This document shows positions 54,969 to 63,678 of a stretch of DNA of 64,000 nt, in pieces; position 1 is the stretch's first letter, and each line of letters begins with the position of its first letter. The DNA comes from Eubacteriales bacterium (GTDB lineage Bacteria > Bacillota > Clostridia > Oscillospirales > CAG-272). Both the position numbers and the translations under genes were made by a program. Location: positions 5,274 to 69,273 of the forward strand of contig JBGVPG010000032.1 of NCBI GenBank assembly GCA_045126855.1, given 5' to 3'. The notes beneath the pieces are model-generated. The model was given only the letters and a program-made list of their open reading frames with translations, was not told where the DNA came from and ran no database searches.

Positions 54969-54971
54969 AAC

Positions 54972-55076
54972 GTTTGCGTAGCAAACATATCACTCGACTG
55001 TTGTCGAATATCACTTTTGCAAAGCAAAAATATCACTATTGCGAAGCAATAATATAACGTTTGCCATAGGCAAACA
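54972..55076. repeat. Array 2 of mini-hairpin + ATATCACT units (5 units, one orientation)
   Basis: GTTTGC-gta-GCAAAC ATATCACT; CGAC-tgtt-GTCG AATATCACT; TTTGC-aaa-GCAAA AATATCACT; ATTGC-gaa-GCAAT AATATAAC; GTTTGCC-ata-GGCAAAC. Confidence 0.85.
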
Positions 55077-55078
55077 TC

Positions 55079-55804
55079 TTAGTTGTCCCAGTTGTGGTAA
55101 ACGGCGTTTACGTCATCATCCTCGTTGAACTTGTCGAGCATCTTTTCCATATTGGCGATGTCGTCCTCGTTGATAAGCTCAACGTAGGTGGAGGGAACCT
55201 TTGCAAGGTCAGCGGTATTGATCTGATATCCGAGACCGATGATGGCGTCACGAACGGTGTCAAGATCAGCAGGATCGGTGTAAATGGTGTACTCACCCTC
55301 GTCGCTTCTGATATCCTCAGCGCCTGCCTCAAGTGCGTCCTCCATAATCTTATCCTCGTCGATCTCCTCGTCCTCGTCAACGATGGTGATAACGCCCTTC
55401 TCCTCAAAGAGGTAGCCTACGCAGCCGTTCTGTCCAAGGTTTCCGCCGTACTTAGAGAATGCGGCACGAACGTTACCTGCGGTACGGTTACGGTTATCCG
55501 TCTGTGTCTCAACGATGATTGCAACACCGCTGGGGCCGTAGCCCTCGTATACGATCTCCTCGAAGTTGATATCCGAGCTGTCGGTAAACTTCTTGATAGT
55601 ACGCTGGATGTTATCGTTAGGCACGTTATTTGCCTTTGCCTTCGCAATAAGGTCACGAAGCTTAGAGTTGTTGTTGGGGTCGGGACCGCCTGCCTTAATG
55701 GCAACAGCCATTTCCTTACCGATCTTGGTAAAGATCTTGGCCTTGGCAGCGTCTGCCTTCTCCTTCTTATGCTTGATATTATTCCACTTAGAATGTCCGG
55801 ACAT
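55079..55804 (-). CDS. yebC: YebC/PmpR family DNA-binding transcriptional regulator
   Basis: MSGHSKWNNIKHKKEKADAAKAKIFTK..., the canonical YebC N-terminus. 241 aa. Confidence 0.9.
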   Translation of the reverse strand: MSGHSKWNNIKHKKEKADAAKAKIFTKIGKEMAVAIKAGGPDPNNNSKLRDLIAKAKANNVPNDNIQRTIKKFTDSSDINFEEIVYEGYGPSGVAIIVETQTDNRNRTAGNVRAAFSKYGGNLGQNGCVGYLFEEKGVITIVDEDEEIDEDKIMEDALEAGAEDIRSDEGEYTIYTDPADLDTVRDAIIGLGYQINTADLAKVPSTYVELINEDDIANMEKMLDKFNEDDDVNAVYHNWDN

Positions 55805-55822
55805 ATATATTTCTCCTATAAA

Positions 55823-57556
55823 TTAAATCTTTTCGGGGGTCTGCATACAGATGAGATGCAGTGCGGTACGAAGCACCTGATTGGTTGCCTCGGTGAGAGC
55901 GATCCTCGACTGCTTCAGAGCCTCGTCGTCACAGTTTGCAATAGAGCAATCGTGGTAGAAGCGATTGAATGCTGCGCAGAGGTCGAGAATGTATCTGGTC
56001 ACGAGAGAGGGCTCGGACTCGGCAAGTGCAGCGTTAACCTTCTCGGGGAATACGGCAAGGGTCTTTGCAAGCTCGATCTCCTGCTCACCAAGGGTGGCGG
56101 TAGTCATAGCCGCTCCCCTTCCCACCTTCTCAAGGATAGAGCAGGTACGGGCGTAGGTATACTGAGCGTAAGGACCTGTGTTACCGTCGAAGGAAAGTGC
56201 GTCCTCCATCATAAAGTTGATGTCACGCATACGGTTGTTGGAGAGGTAGTAGAAGACGATAGCGCCAACGCCAACCTTCTCTGCAATAGCCTGAAGCTCT
56301 GCCTCATCGGGGTGCTTATCACGGGCTATCTCCTTAACACGGGCAATAGCCTCGGCAAAGAGGTCCTTCAGAAGGATTACGTTACCCGTTCTGGTGGCAA
56401 GCTTCGCACCGTTGATGGAAACCGTGCCGTAGGGAACGTGGAGAAGCTGATCGTGCCACTCGTAGCCCATAAGCTCAACGACCTTGAACCACTGTGCAAA
56501 GTGGAGAGACTGCTGTGCGGCGGTGACGTAGATCGCCTTATCGAAATTATACTCGCCCTTACGGTAAACCGCAGCGGCAATATCACGGGTAGGATAGAGA
56601 GTGGAGCCGTCACGCTTCAGAATCAGGCAGACGGGCATATTCCACTTATCAAGGTTGACGATAGACGCACCGTCGTCGATCTCAAGCAGACCCATATCAC
56701 GGAGCTTCTGCACCTGGGCAGGCATCTTGTCGGTATAGAAGGACTCGCCCTTGTAGGAATCGAACTCGATATTCAGGAGCTTATAGGTCCTCTGATACTC
56801 CTCAAGGCTGACGTCAACGAACCAGCGCCAGAGGGCGATGTTCTCCTCGTCAAATTCCTCGAGCTTCTTGAACTCGGCACGGGAGGCGTCTGCAAGAGGC
56901 GAGTGCTTATCCTCGTTTGCCTCCTCCTCGGCCTTGATCTCGTTATTGATACGGACGTAGAGCTTTACAAGCTCGTCAACACCGCCCTGCTCTATGGTAG
57001 CCTTATCGCCCCAGAGCTTATATGCGGTAATGAGCTTACCGAACTGAGTACCCCAGTCGCCAAGGTAGTTGATACCAACGCACTTGTAGCCTGCGAACTC
57101 GTGAAGAAGCTTCAGGCTGTGGCCGATAACGGTTGTACCGAGGTGGCCGATGTGGAAGGGCTTTGCCACGTTGGGAGAGGAGTAGTCGAGAACGACGGTC
57201 TTGCCAACACCGTTCATAGGAGAGCCATAGCTGTCAGCAAGTGTGAAGACGTCCGAAACTACACGGCGCGCAAAGGCAGTGCCGTCGATTTTAAAGTTAA
57301 GATAACCGCTGATAGCGGTGATGGAGGAGAACTCCTCACACTTGATAGCCGCCGCAAGGGTCTCGGCAATCTGCACGGGAGAACGACGCAGACTCTTTGA
57401 CAGACGGAAGCAAGGGAGGGCGAGATCGCCCATAGTTTTATCGGGGGGATATTCCAGCATGGAGAAGATCTCCTCAGCCGAGAGAAGTCCCGTACCAAAG
57501 CCCGCCTCTACTGCATCGGCAATAAGGGCGGCGGTCTTTTTCTTCAAAGTAAGCAT
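55823..57556 (-). CDS. argS: Arginine--tRNA ligase
   Basis: 577 aa with the HIGH region SSPNVAKPFHIGHL and a C-terminal anticodon-binding domain. Confidence 0.95.
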   Translation of the reverse strand: MLTLKKKTAALIADAVEAGFGTGLLSAEEIFSMLEYPPDKTMGDLALPCFRLSKSLRRSPVQIAETLAAAIKCEEFSSITAISGYLNFKIDGTAFARRVVSDVFTLADSYGSPMNGVGKTVVLDYSSPNVAKPFHIGHLGTTVIGHSLKLLHEFAGYKCVGINYLGDWGTQFGKLITAYKLWGDKATIEQGGVDELVKLYVRINNEIKAEEEANEDKHSPLADASRAEFKKLEEFDEENIALWRWFVDVSLEEYQRTYKLLNIEFDSYKGESFYTDKMPAQVQKLRDMGLLEIDDGASIVNLDKWNMPVCLILKRDGSTLYPTRDIAAAVYRKGEYNFDKAIYVTAAQQSLHFAQWFKVVELMGYEWHDQLLHVPYGTVSINGAKLATRTGNVILLKDLFAEAIARVKEIARDKHPDEAELQAIAEKVGVGAIVFYYLSNNRMRDINFMMEDALSFDGNTGPYAQYTYARTCSILEKVGRGAAMTTATLGEQEIELAKTLAVFPEKVNAALAESEPSLVTRYILDLCAAFNRFYHDCSIANCDDEALKQSRIALTEATNQVLRTALHLICMQTPEKI

Positions 57557-57581
57557 TTATATAAACCTTTCAGTATTTTAA

Positions 57582-58397
57582 TCAAAGGGAATTTCTCATT
57601 CTTACGTACTCGCCCGAGGGCTCAGCCTTTACGAGTCTGCAAGGAATGAAGGGTGAGAAGTTGAAGACGTGGGCGATCGCCGCCTCAAAGCCGTCTACGA
57701 GGTAGAACTCTCCGTCCTTCTCACAAACGGTGATGCAGTTAAGCTCCTCGCCACGCTCAATACCCTGGGTAAAGGGGGAGAGGCTGTCGCCGTCAAGCTC
57801 CCTCTCGGGGAAATGAAGTCTCTCGGGAGAGAGGAAAACGCAGCAGTAGGACTTGTCCGCCTGCCATCTCTCAAAGCCCGAGATAATGCACTCGGCAACC
57901 TGGTCGGGTGTGGCAACGCTGGTGTCCACGATAAGCGAGTAGTTGGCAAGGTCCTTGATATCAACGCCGTACTGCTCCATATAACGCTTTTTCTCGCTGG
58001 CGCGACGAGCCTTTGTGCAATCGATCATCTCCTCAAGGGTAGAGGTGCTTTCACCGCTGCGCTTGGCGTTCATAATTCGGAGAGCCGATGTCTCGCTGTC
58101 GCAGGAGAGGTAGACCTTAAAGGTGCCCTTGGTGAAATGCCACGCCATGCGTGAGTCGATAACGAGAAATCTCTCGTCCTCGGATAGGGCGGCAATACCG
58201 TCGTCAATCTCGTGGTCGATCTCGGGATGTGTCTCCATATACTTATTCAGCTCACCAACCGTCATTCCTCGCTCGGCTGCAATAGAGCGCACGATAGCAC
58301 CCGTAGAGTAGTACTCTGCCCCAAGGCGTTTAATGAGAATGTCCGCAACAGTGCTCTTACCGCTGCCAAGGTCGCCTGCAAGTGAAATCTTGTCCAT
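57582..58397 (-). CDS. Cytidylate-kinase-like P-loop protein with a C-terminal ParB/Srx-like extension
   Basis: The start at 58397 (MDKISLAGDLGSGKST) follows GGAGGTG. The kinase-like region spans about 175 aa. The tail contains EFYLVDGFEAAIAHVFNFSPFIPCRLV. Confidence 0.65.
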   Translation of the reverse strand: MDKISLAGDLGSGKSTVADILIKRLGAEYYSTGAIVRSIAAERGMTVGELNKYMETHPEIDHEIDDGIAALSEDERFLVIDSRMAWHFTKGTFKVYLSCDSETSALRIMNAKRSGESTSTLEEMIDCTKARRASEKKRYMEQYGVDIKDLANYSLIVDTSVATPDQVAECIISGFERWQADKSYCCVFLSPERLHFPERELDGDSLSPFTQGIERGEELNCITVCEKDGEFYLVDGFEAAIAHVFNFSPFIPCRLVKAEPSGEYVRMRNSL

Positions 58398-58562
58398 TCG
58401 ACACCTCCCAAAATCCGTAAAAATAATATAATAGGATATTATAATATATTTTGGCGAAAATGTCAAGTGTTTTATCTCACTTTATATGCGTCCTTTATTT
58501 ACACAAAAAGTGTTTACTTTTCACTTGCGATATGGTAAAATAATGTAAAAGGAGGATTACTT

Positions 58563-59165
58563 ATGAAAAGACTCATTTGTTTGATACTATTTTCCTGCAT
58601 CTTAGCCTTCAGTCTCACGTCCTGCATTAACTCCGCAAACTACCTCGGTGTTAACGAGAAGGATGACGGCACGGTGACCGTGTGGGCAGGAGAGGCCATG
58701 TACCTTAGCAAAATTACCGTTCCGTCAAAAATAGACGGCAAACCGGTGGTTGCTATTGATCCAAGCGCATTCCGTATGAATGATTACATACGCGAGATCA
58801 ACATTAAGGCAGGTCCGACCGAAATCGGCAATTACGCATTCGGCTGGTGCAGATATCTTGAAAAGGTCACCCTTCCCGATACGATAACCGATATCGGCTC
58901 ATCCGCATTCTACTCCTGCTACTCACTGGAGGAGATAAAAATACCTAATGGCGTTACCGACATCAAAAGCGGTACATTCTACAACTGTCGCTCGCTTGAG
59001 CTTGTTGATATCCCTGCGAGTGTGACGAGCATAGCAGAAGACGCATTTACCAACTGCACGAGCCTGAAGACCATACGCTTCGGCGGAAGCAAGGAGGAGT
59101 GGATGGCAATGGTTGATCCCAATTCCGCCGATCTCAAGGACGTCGATATTATATGCGGAAAGTAA
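58563..59165 (+). CDS. BspA-type leucine-rich-repeat lipoprotein
   Basis: Lipobox LTSC. Repeats of the form AF..C..L..I.IP..VT.I...AF. Confidence 0.8.
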   Translation: MKRLICLILFSCILAFSLTSCINSANYLGVNEKDDGTVTVWAGEAMYLSKITVPSKIDGKPVVAIDPSAFRMNDYIREINIKAGPTEIGNYAFGWCRYLEKVTLPDTITDIGSSAFYSCYSLEEIKIPNGVTDIKSGTFYNCRSLELVDIPASVTSIAEDAFTNCTSLKTIRFGGSKEEWMAMVDPNSADLKDVDIICGK

Positions 59166-59180
59166 AGGGAGGATGAAATA

Positions 59181-60812
59181 ATGAAAAAATTAGCATTTCT
59201 TATAGCACTGCTTTCTGTAATCTGCCTTCTCTCCTCCTGCAGCAGCGACGTCGAGGTCGAAGGACTAAAGTTCTATCCGCAAGACGACGGTAGCTTCTAC
59301 GTCGGCTGCGACTACGAGGTATTTTCCGCTACCGAGCTTGTTGTTCCGGCGTTCTACAAGGGTCACCCCGTAACCGGAATTGCAAAGAGGGGATTTATCT
59401 CCTGCACAGCACTTACATCCGTTACCCTTCCCAAAACTATCAGGGTCATTGATGAAGAAGCCTTTTATAGCTGCAATAACCTGAAATCTGTCAGCATTCC
59501 CAATGGGGTAAATAAGATCGGAGCATCCGCATTTTACGGTTGCGAGGAGCTTGTCGACATTAACTTCCCCAAGAATCTCAAGTATATTGATACAGGTGCA
59601 TTCAGCGGTTGCGAAAAGCTGGAGAAGGTCATTCTCCCCGACGGACTGCTGGAGCTGAGTTCAAACGCATTCAAGGATTGCAAGGGGATCAAGGAGGTGC
59701 ATCTTCCCGAAAGCCTTTATTACCTCGGCGAATCAGCCTTTGATAAGTGTTCGGAAATTGAAAAGCTGACGATTCTCGGCCCAGAGATCATTGATAAAGA
59801 ATCATTCAATCTCTTTAAGCTGAACGAGCTATACATCGGTGATAACGTCAGGGAGATCCACTACGGCAACTATTTCAGCGGAACCTACGGCAAAGGTAAT
59901 ATCGAAAAGATCAGAATCTCAAGCAATCTTGAATATCTTTCCTCCTCCGTAATCAACGCAGGAGAAAATTATAAATATAATTATTACAACGGTCAGAGAT
60001 ATCTGGGAAATGAGAACAATCCTTACATCCTTCTTCTGGTGTCCGAAAATTACTCAAGCAAAGAAAAGATCGTTGCTCACGAGGATACCCGTGTAGTCAC
60101 CGTACACGGTGGAGATCCCAAGGAAATTGAACTCAGCGACGGTATCCTGAACGTTTCTATTACCATAACAACCAACCAGGATCCGTTGATCTATAACACC
60201 TACAACGGTGGAGAATACCTTGGCACTAAGGACAATCCATATTACATGCTCTACGGAGTGACCGACATCGGTACAAGAGAACTTGATATCCATCCTGACT
60301 GCCGTGTGCTTAACGTTGGGCTCAGCCAATGTAAGAATCTGTACGAGATCAATATTCCAAAGAACGTTTGCCACATGTACCCCTTCACCTTTGAAAGTAG
60401 TGAAAACCTTTGTGCAATCAACGTTGATCCCCAAAATAAGCATTACCGCTCTGTCGACGGTCTGCTTTATTCGCACGACGGAAAGACGCTGATCAGATGT
60501 CCCCAGGGTATCCGCGGTGACGTCAAAATAATGGACGGAGTAACCGATATCGGACGAGGGGCATTTCACGGCTGTTCCTCCATAACGTCCATCACTCTGC
60601 CTGACGGAGTAAAGGTAATTCATTGCTATGCGATCAGCGGAAACAATATCGAAGACATATATCTGCCTTCAAGCATTAAGGAGATCCGTGCCCGTGGCTT
60701 TGAATACGTCAGCTACAGAGCAACCGTTCATTATGACGGAACTCTAAGGCAATGGCGAAGGGTCACACTCAGCCCCTACAACACCAGAGTATACGTGCGC
60801 TGCTCCGACTGA
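59181..60812 (+). CDS. BspA-type leucine-rich-repeat lipoprotein
   Basis: Lipobox LSSC. LRR units at both ends with a divergent middle region. Confidence 0.8.
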   Translation: MKKLAFLIALLSVICLLSSCSSDVEVEGLKFYPQDDGSFYVGCDYEVFSATELVVPAFYKGHPVTGIAKRGFISCTALTSVTLPKTIRVIDEEAFYSCNNLKSVSIPNGVNKIGASAFYGCEELVDINFPKNLKYIDTGAFSGCEKLEKVILPDGLLELSSNAFKDCKGIKEVHLPESLYYLGESAFDKCSEIEKLTILGPEIIDKESFNLFKLNELYIGDNVREIHYGNYFSGTYGKGNIEKIRISSNLEYLSSSVINAGENYKYNYYNGQRYLGNENNPYILLLVSENYSSKEKIVAHEDTRVVTVHGGDPKEIELSDGILNVSITITTNQDPLIYNTYNGGEYLGTKDNPYYMLYGVTDIGTRELDIHPDCRVLNVGLSQCKNLYEINIPKNVCHMYPFTFESSENLCAINVDPQNKHYRSVDGLLYSHDGKTLIRCPQGIRGDVKIMDGVTDIGRGAFHGCSSITSITLPDGVKVIHCYAISGNNIEDIYLPSSIKEIRARGFEYVSYRATVHYDGTLRQWRRVTLSPYNTRVYVRCSD

Positions 60813-60842
60813 TAATTCACTTTGAACAAAGAGAGAATCTCT

Positions 60843-62822
60843 ATGAAAAAAATTTGCATACTGTTTGTTCTTATAATTGTACTATGCGTGCTGACCTCCT
60901 GTGGCGGAGGATCGAACAAACTATCAAACGGTCTACAGTTTAATACCTTCGCAGACGGCACCGCCTTTGTCACGGCAATGGGCGATTGCACAGATACAGA
61001 GATCGTCATTCCCTCCCGAACACCATTGGGCATGAAGATCGTTGGCATCGGAAGTGGCGCATTTAAGGGCAAAGATATTGAAAGTGTTATCATTCCCGAG
61101 GGTGTGGTCTACATCGGCGACGAAGCCTTTTTGGAATGTGAGAATCTCAAATCGGTCAGCTTCCCCGAGAGTCTTGAAAGGATCGGCAAGCGAGCCTTTG
61201 CGAGCTCTGCCATAGAATCAATAACTCTTCCCGACAGCGTTACACAAATAGGTGACGAGGCATTCTACAAATCCAAGCTGATGAATGCAATGCTGGGCAA
61301 CGGCGAAATGACCATCGGACGCGGTGCGTTCTCAAAATGCGAATCGCTTACCGTGCTGCAGCTCTCTCCCAACACGTTTTCCCTTGACATCAACTCCATT
61401 GAAAGTCCCGGCATTGTTGAGCTTCTTATTCCCGGCGCTATTGGCGTTGTACCGAGCAAAATGTTCAGCGAATTTAAGGCACTGCAAAAGGTTGAGATAG
61501 CCGAGGGAATAACCACCATAGAAAAAGAGGCGTTTTACGGCTGCCAGCTTCTGATGGAGGTGCAGCTTCCCTCCACTCTCGAAAGCATTGGAGAAAGTGC
61601 CTTTTCAGGATGTAGATCACTGCACAAAATAACCTTGAACGACAATCTGAAAAGCATAGGCGAAAAGGCTTTTATGGATTGTACGGTTCTGCCCGAAATG
61701 AAAATACCAAACACGGTAGAGACTATCGGCGAGGCAGCCTTTTTAGGATGTACCGCATTAAAGAAATTTTCCTTCCCTAAATATTTCTCGTCAATCCCTA
61801 ACAGGATTTTTTCAGACTGTCGAAATCTTACCGACATTGATTATCCCATTGCCTATTCGGCAATCGGACACCATGCCTTCAAGGGATGTACGAGTATAAC
61901 GTCATTTGATCTCCCCGACTTCCTTGTAGAGATTGGATCGGGTGCGTTCAGCTACACGAATATTACGTCTATTACTCTTCCCGATTCGGTATCCTCTCTT
62001 GGCAGCGGCGTCTTCCAAGGATGCAGTAAACTGGAAAGCGTAACGTTGCCGAATAATCTGAAACACATCCCGGGCAGTTGCTTTAAAGACTGCAAGTCTC
62101 TTGTAAGCTTTAACTTCCCCAAAAAGGCTACAGAGATCTATAGCTCCGCCTTTTCCGGATGTACCTCCCTCACCTCCTTCGTGGTTCCCGAGGGAATTAC
62201 CAAAATATGGTCACATTCCTTTAGCGGATGCACAAACCTCGCAGAGATCATTCTGCCCAAAAGCCTAACGTCTCTTGATGATAAGGCGTTCATCTCCTGC
62301 GGAATAAAAAGCATCAAAATACCCGATAGCATAACCTACATACCTTACAGTTGCTTCGACTCCTGCACTCTTCTTGAAAAGATAGAATTTGGCAAGGGTA
62401 CGTCGGCGATCGGTGATAACGCCTTCGAATATTGCGAGAATCTTAAAGAAATCGATCTTTCGGGCATAGGTTACATTGGAAGATATGCCTTCCGTAATTG
62501 CGTATCGCTTACAAGTGTTACGATTCCCGGAACGGTCAAAAACGTCTATGAAAGGACCTTTTCCGGTTGCACCTCGCTTGAAAGCATCAGCTTCGGTGAG
62601 GGCGTGGTTTCGCTAGCCGAAAGTCTCTTTGCAGGATGCACATCTATTAAAGAGGTGAGCATTCCTTCTACTCTCAAATCCATTGGCGACAACGTCTTCA
62701 GCAATTACTTTACCACCCTGACCGACATATACTATAACGGCAGCGAAAAGACCCTCGATGCTATTCAGATCGGTACAGGTAACGGCAAGCTATATTCAGA
62801 GGCAATGCATTTCAAGTATTAA
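60843..62822 (+). CDS. BspA-type leucine-rich-repeat lipoprotein (about 25 units)
   Basis: The start at 60843 (MKKICILFVLIIVLCVLTSCGG) has lipobox LTSC. A regular ~23-aa LRR_5-type repeat runs throughout. Confidence 0.8.
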   Translation: MKKICILFVLIIVLCVLTSCGGGSNKLSNGLQFNTFADGTAFVTAMGDCTDTEIVIPSRTPLGMKIVGIGSGAFKGKDIESVIIPEGVVYIGDEAFLECENLKSVSFPESLERIGKRAFASSAIESITLPDSVTQIGDEAFYKSKLMNAMLGNGEMTIGRGAFSKCESLTVLQLSPNTFSLDINSIESPGIVELLIPGAIGVVPSKMFSEFKALQKVEIAEGITTIEKEAFYGCQLLMEVQLPSTLESIGESAFSGCRSLHKITLNDNLKSIGEKAFMDCTVLPEMKIPNTVETIGEAAFLGCTALKKFSFPKYFSSIPNRIFSDCRNLTDIDYPIAYSAIGHHAFKGCTSITSFDLPDFLVEIGSGAFSYTNITSITLPDSVSSLGSGVFQGCSKLESVTLPNNLKHIPGSCFKDCKSLVSFNFPKKATEIYSSAFSGCTSLTSFVVPEGITKIWSHSFSGCTNLAEIILPKSLTSLDDKAFISCGIKSIKIPDSITYIPYSCFDSCTLLEKIEFGKGTSAIGDNAFEYCENLKEIDLSGIGYIGRYAFRNCVSLTSVTIPGTVKNVYERTFSGCTSLESISFGEGVVSLAESLFAGCTSIKEVSIPSTLKSIGDNVFSNYFTTLTDIYYNGSEKTLDAIQIGTGNGKLYSEAMHFKY

Positions 62823-62901
62823 TTTTCTAAAAAAACGAATATTTCCCTTCCCCTTCGGCAACAATAGGCTTGTCACAAATGAAGACGGAAAGGAAATATT
62901 A

Positions 62902-63579
62902 ATGGAAAACAAAATTAAATTCAGCGATCAGCCACGCAAGGTAAAGATAGTTTATGCGGCGGTGATTGCGGTGCTATGCATTACGGCGGTTGTTATCGGC
63001 ATTGTTTCCGCCGCGTCGAGAAAGCCCGATGCCCCGAGCGACGAGCCTGTGGTAAATCTCCCGAGCGATAGCGGAAATACCGAAACGCCCGACGACGAGA
63101 AGCCTGACAATCACCAGCCGGAGCCCGAAAAGCCTAAGAAGCTCAGCTTCGTATCCCCCGTGGTGGGTAAGGTGACGAAGGGACACAGCCTGGAGATTCC
63201 CGTATTTTCCGACACACTCCAGGAATGGCGTGTGCATACGGGCATTGACATCTCTGCCGACGAGGGGGCGTCTGTCTACTCGGCTGAGGAAGGAATGGTA
63301 ACCAAGGTGTACTCCGACCCCTTCCTTGGCAAGACGGTGGAGGTGAGTCACGAGGGTGGCATAGTCACGGTCTACTCTAACCTTGACGCAAGCTCTGTTG
63401 CGGTCAAGGAGGGTGACACCGTTGAATGCGGTACCCTGCTCGGCCACGTTGGTGACAGCTCGCTCTCCGAGCTTGCCGACGAGCCACATCTCCATTTCGC
63501 CCTGAAGGTCGAGGGTGTGAGCGTAAATCCCCTTGACTATATCACCGAGGAGTCGCAAAAGGCGTCTCTCGGAATCTAA
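62902..63579 (+). CDS. M23 family metallopeptidase with N-terminal TM and Pro/Glu-rich spacer
   Basis: The start at 62902 (MENKIKF) follows GGAAAGGAAA. TM segment IVYAAVIAVLCITAVVIGIV. Catalytic motifs HTGIDIS and EPHLHFA are intact. Confidence 0.8.
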   Translation: MENKIKFSDQPRKVKIVYAAVIAVLCITAVVIGIVSAASRKPDAPSDEPVVNLPSDSGNTETPDDEKPDNHQPEPEKPKKLSFVSPVVGKVTKGHSLEIPVFSDTLQEWRVHTGIDISADEGASVYSAEEGMVTKVYSDPFLGKTVEVSHEGGIVTVYSNLDASSVAVKEGDTVECGTLLGHVGDSSLSELADEPHLHFALKVEGVSVNPLDYITEESQKASLGI

Positions 63580-63586
63580 AAAATGC

Positions 63587-63615
63587 TTGACAAGAAATGC
63601 CTTTTATGGTATACT
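63587..63615 (+). promoter_or_regulatory. Near-consensus promoter (TTGACA-17-TATACT, extended TGg) upstream of hom
   Basis: TTGACA at 63587..63592 and TATACT at 63610..63615. Confidence 0.55.
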
Positions 63616-63625
63616 TTTCTTGTCT

Positions 63626-63661
63626 GTCGGGGTTTCGCCTGAAGCCCCGACTTTATTTTTT
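63626..63661 (+). terminator. Terminator-like hairpin plus T-run between the promoter and the hom start
   Basis: GTCGGGG (63626..63632) pairs with CCCCGAC (63645..63651), followed by TTTATTTTTT. Confidence 0.6.
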
Positions 63662-63678
63662 CAAAAGGACGTTACAAA

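Noticed and set aside
55094-57400. 768-aa + strand ORF spanning yebC and argS, and similar long antisense ORFs (15708..17666, 6964..8250, 11145..12710, 43555..44469, 45260..46132, 52917..54140, 32026..33186, 30686..31474)
   Set aside because: Each lies opposite a gene with unambiguous family motifs (ArgS, FtsK, Obg/Der, CysS and others). Strong GC3 codon bias suppresses stop codons in the antisense frame. The translations are low-complexity and cross gene boundaries.
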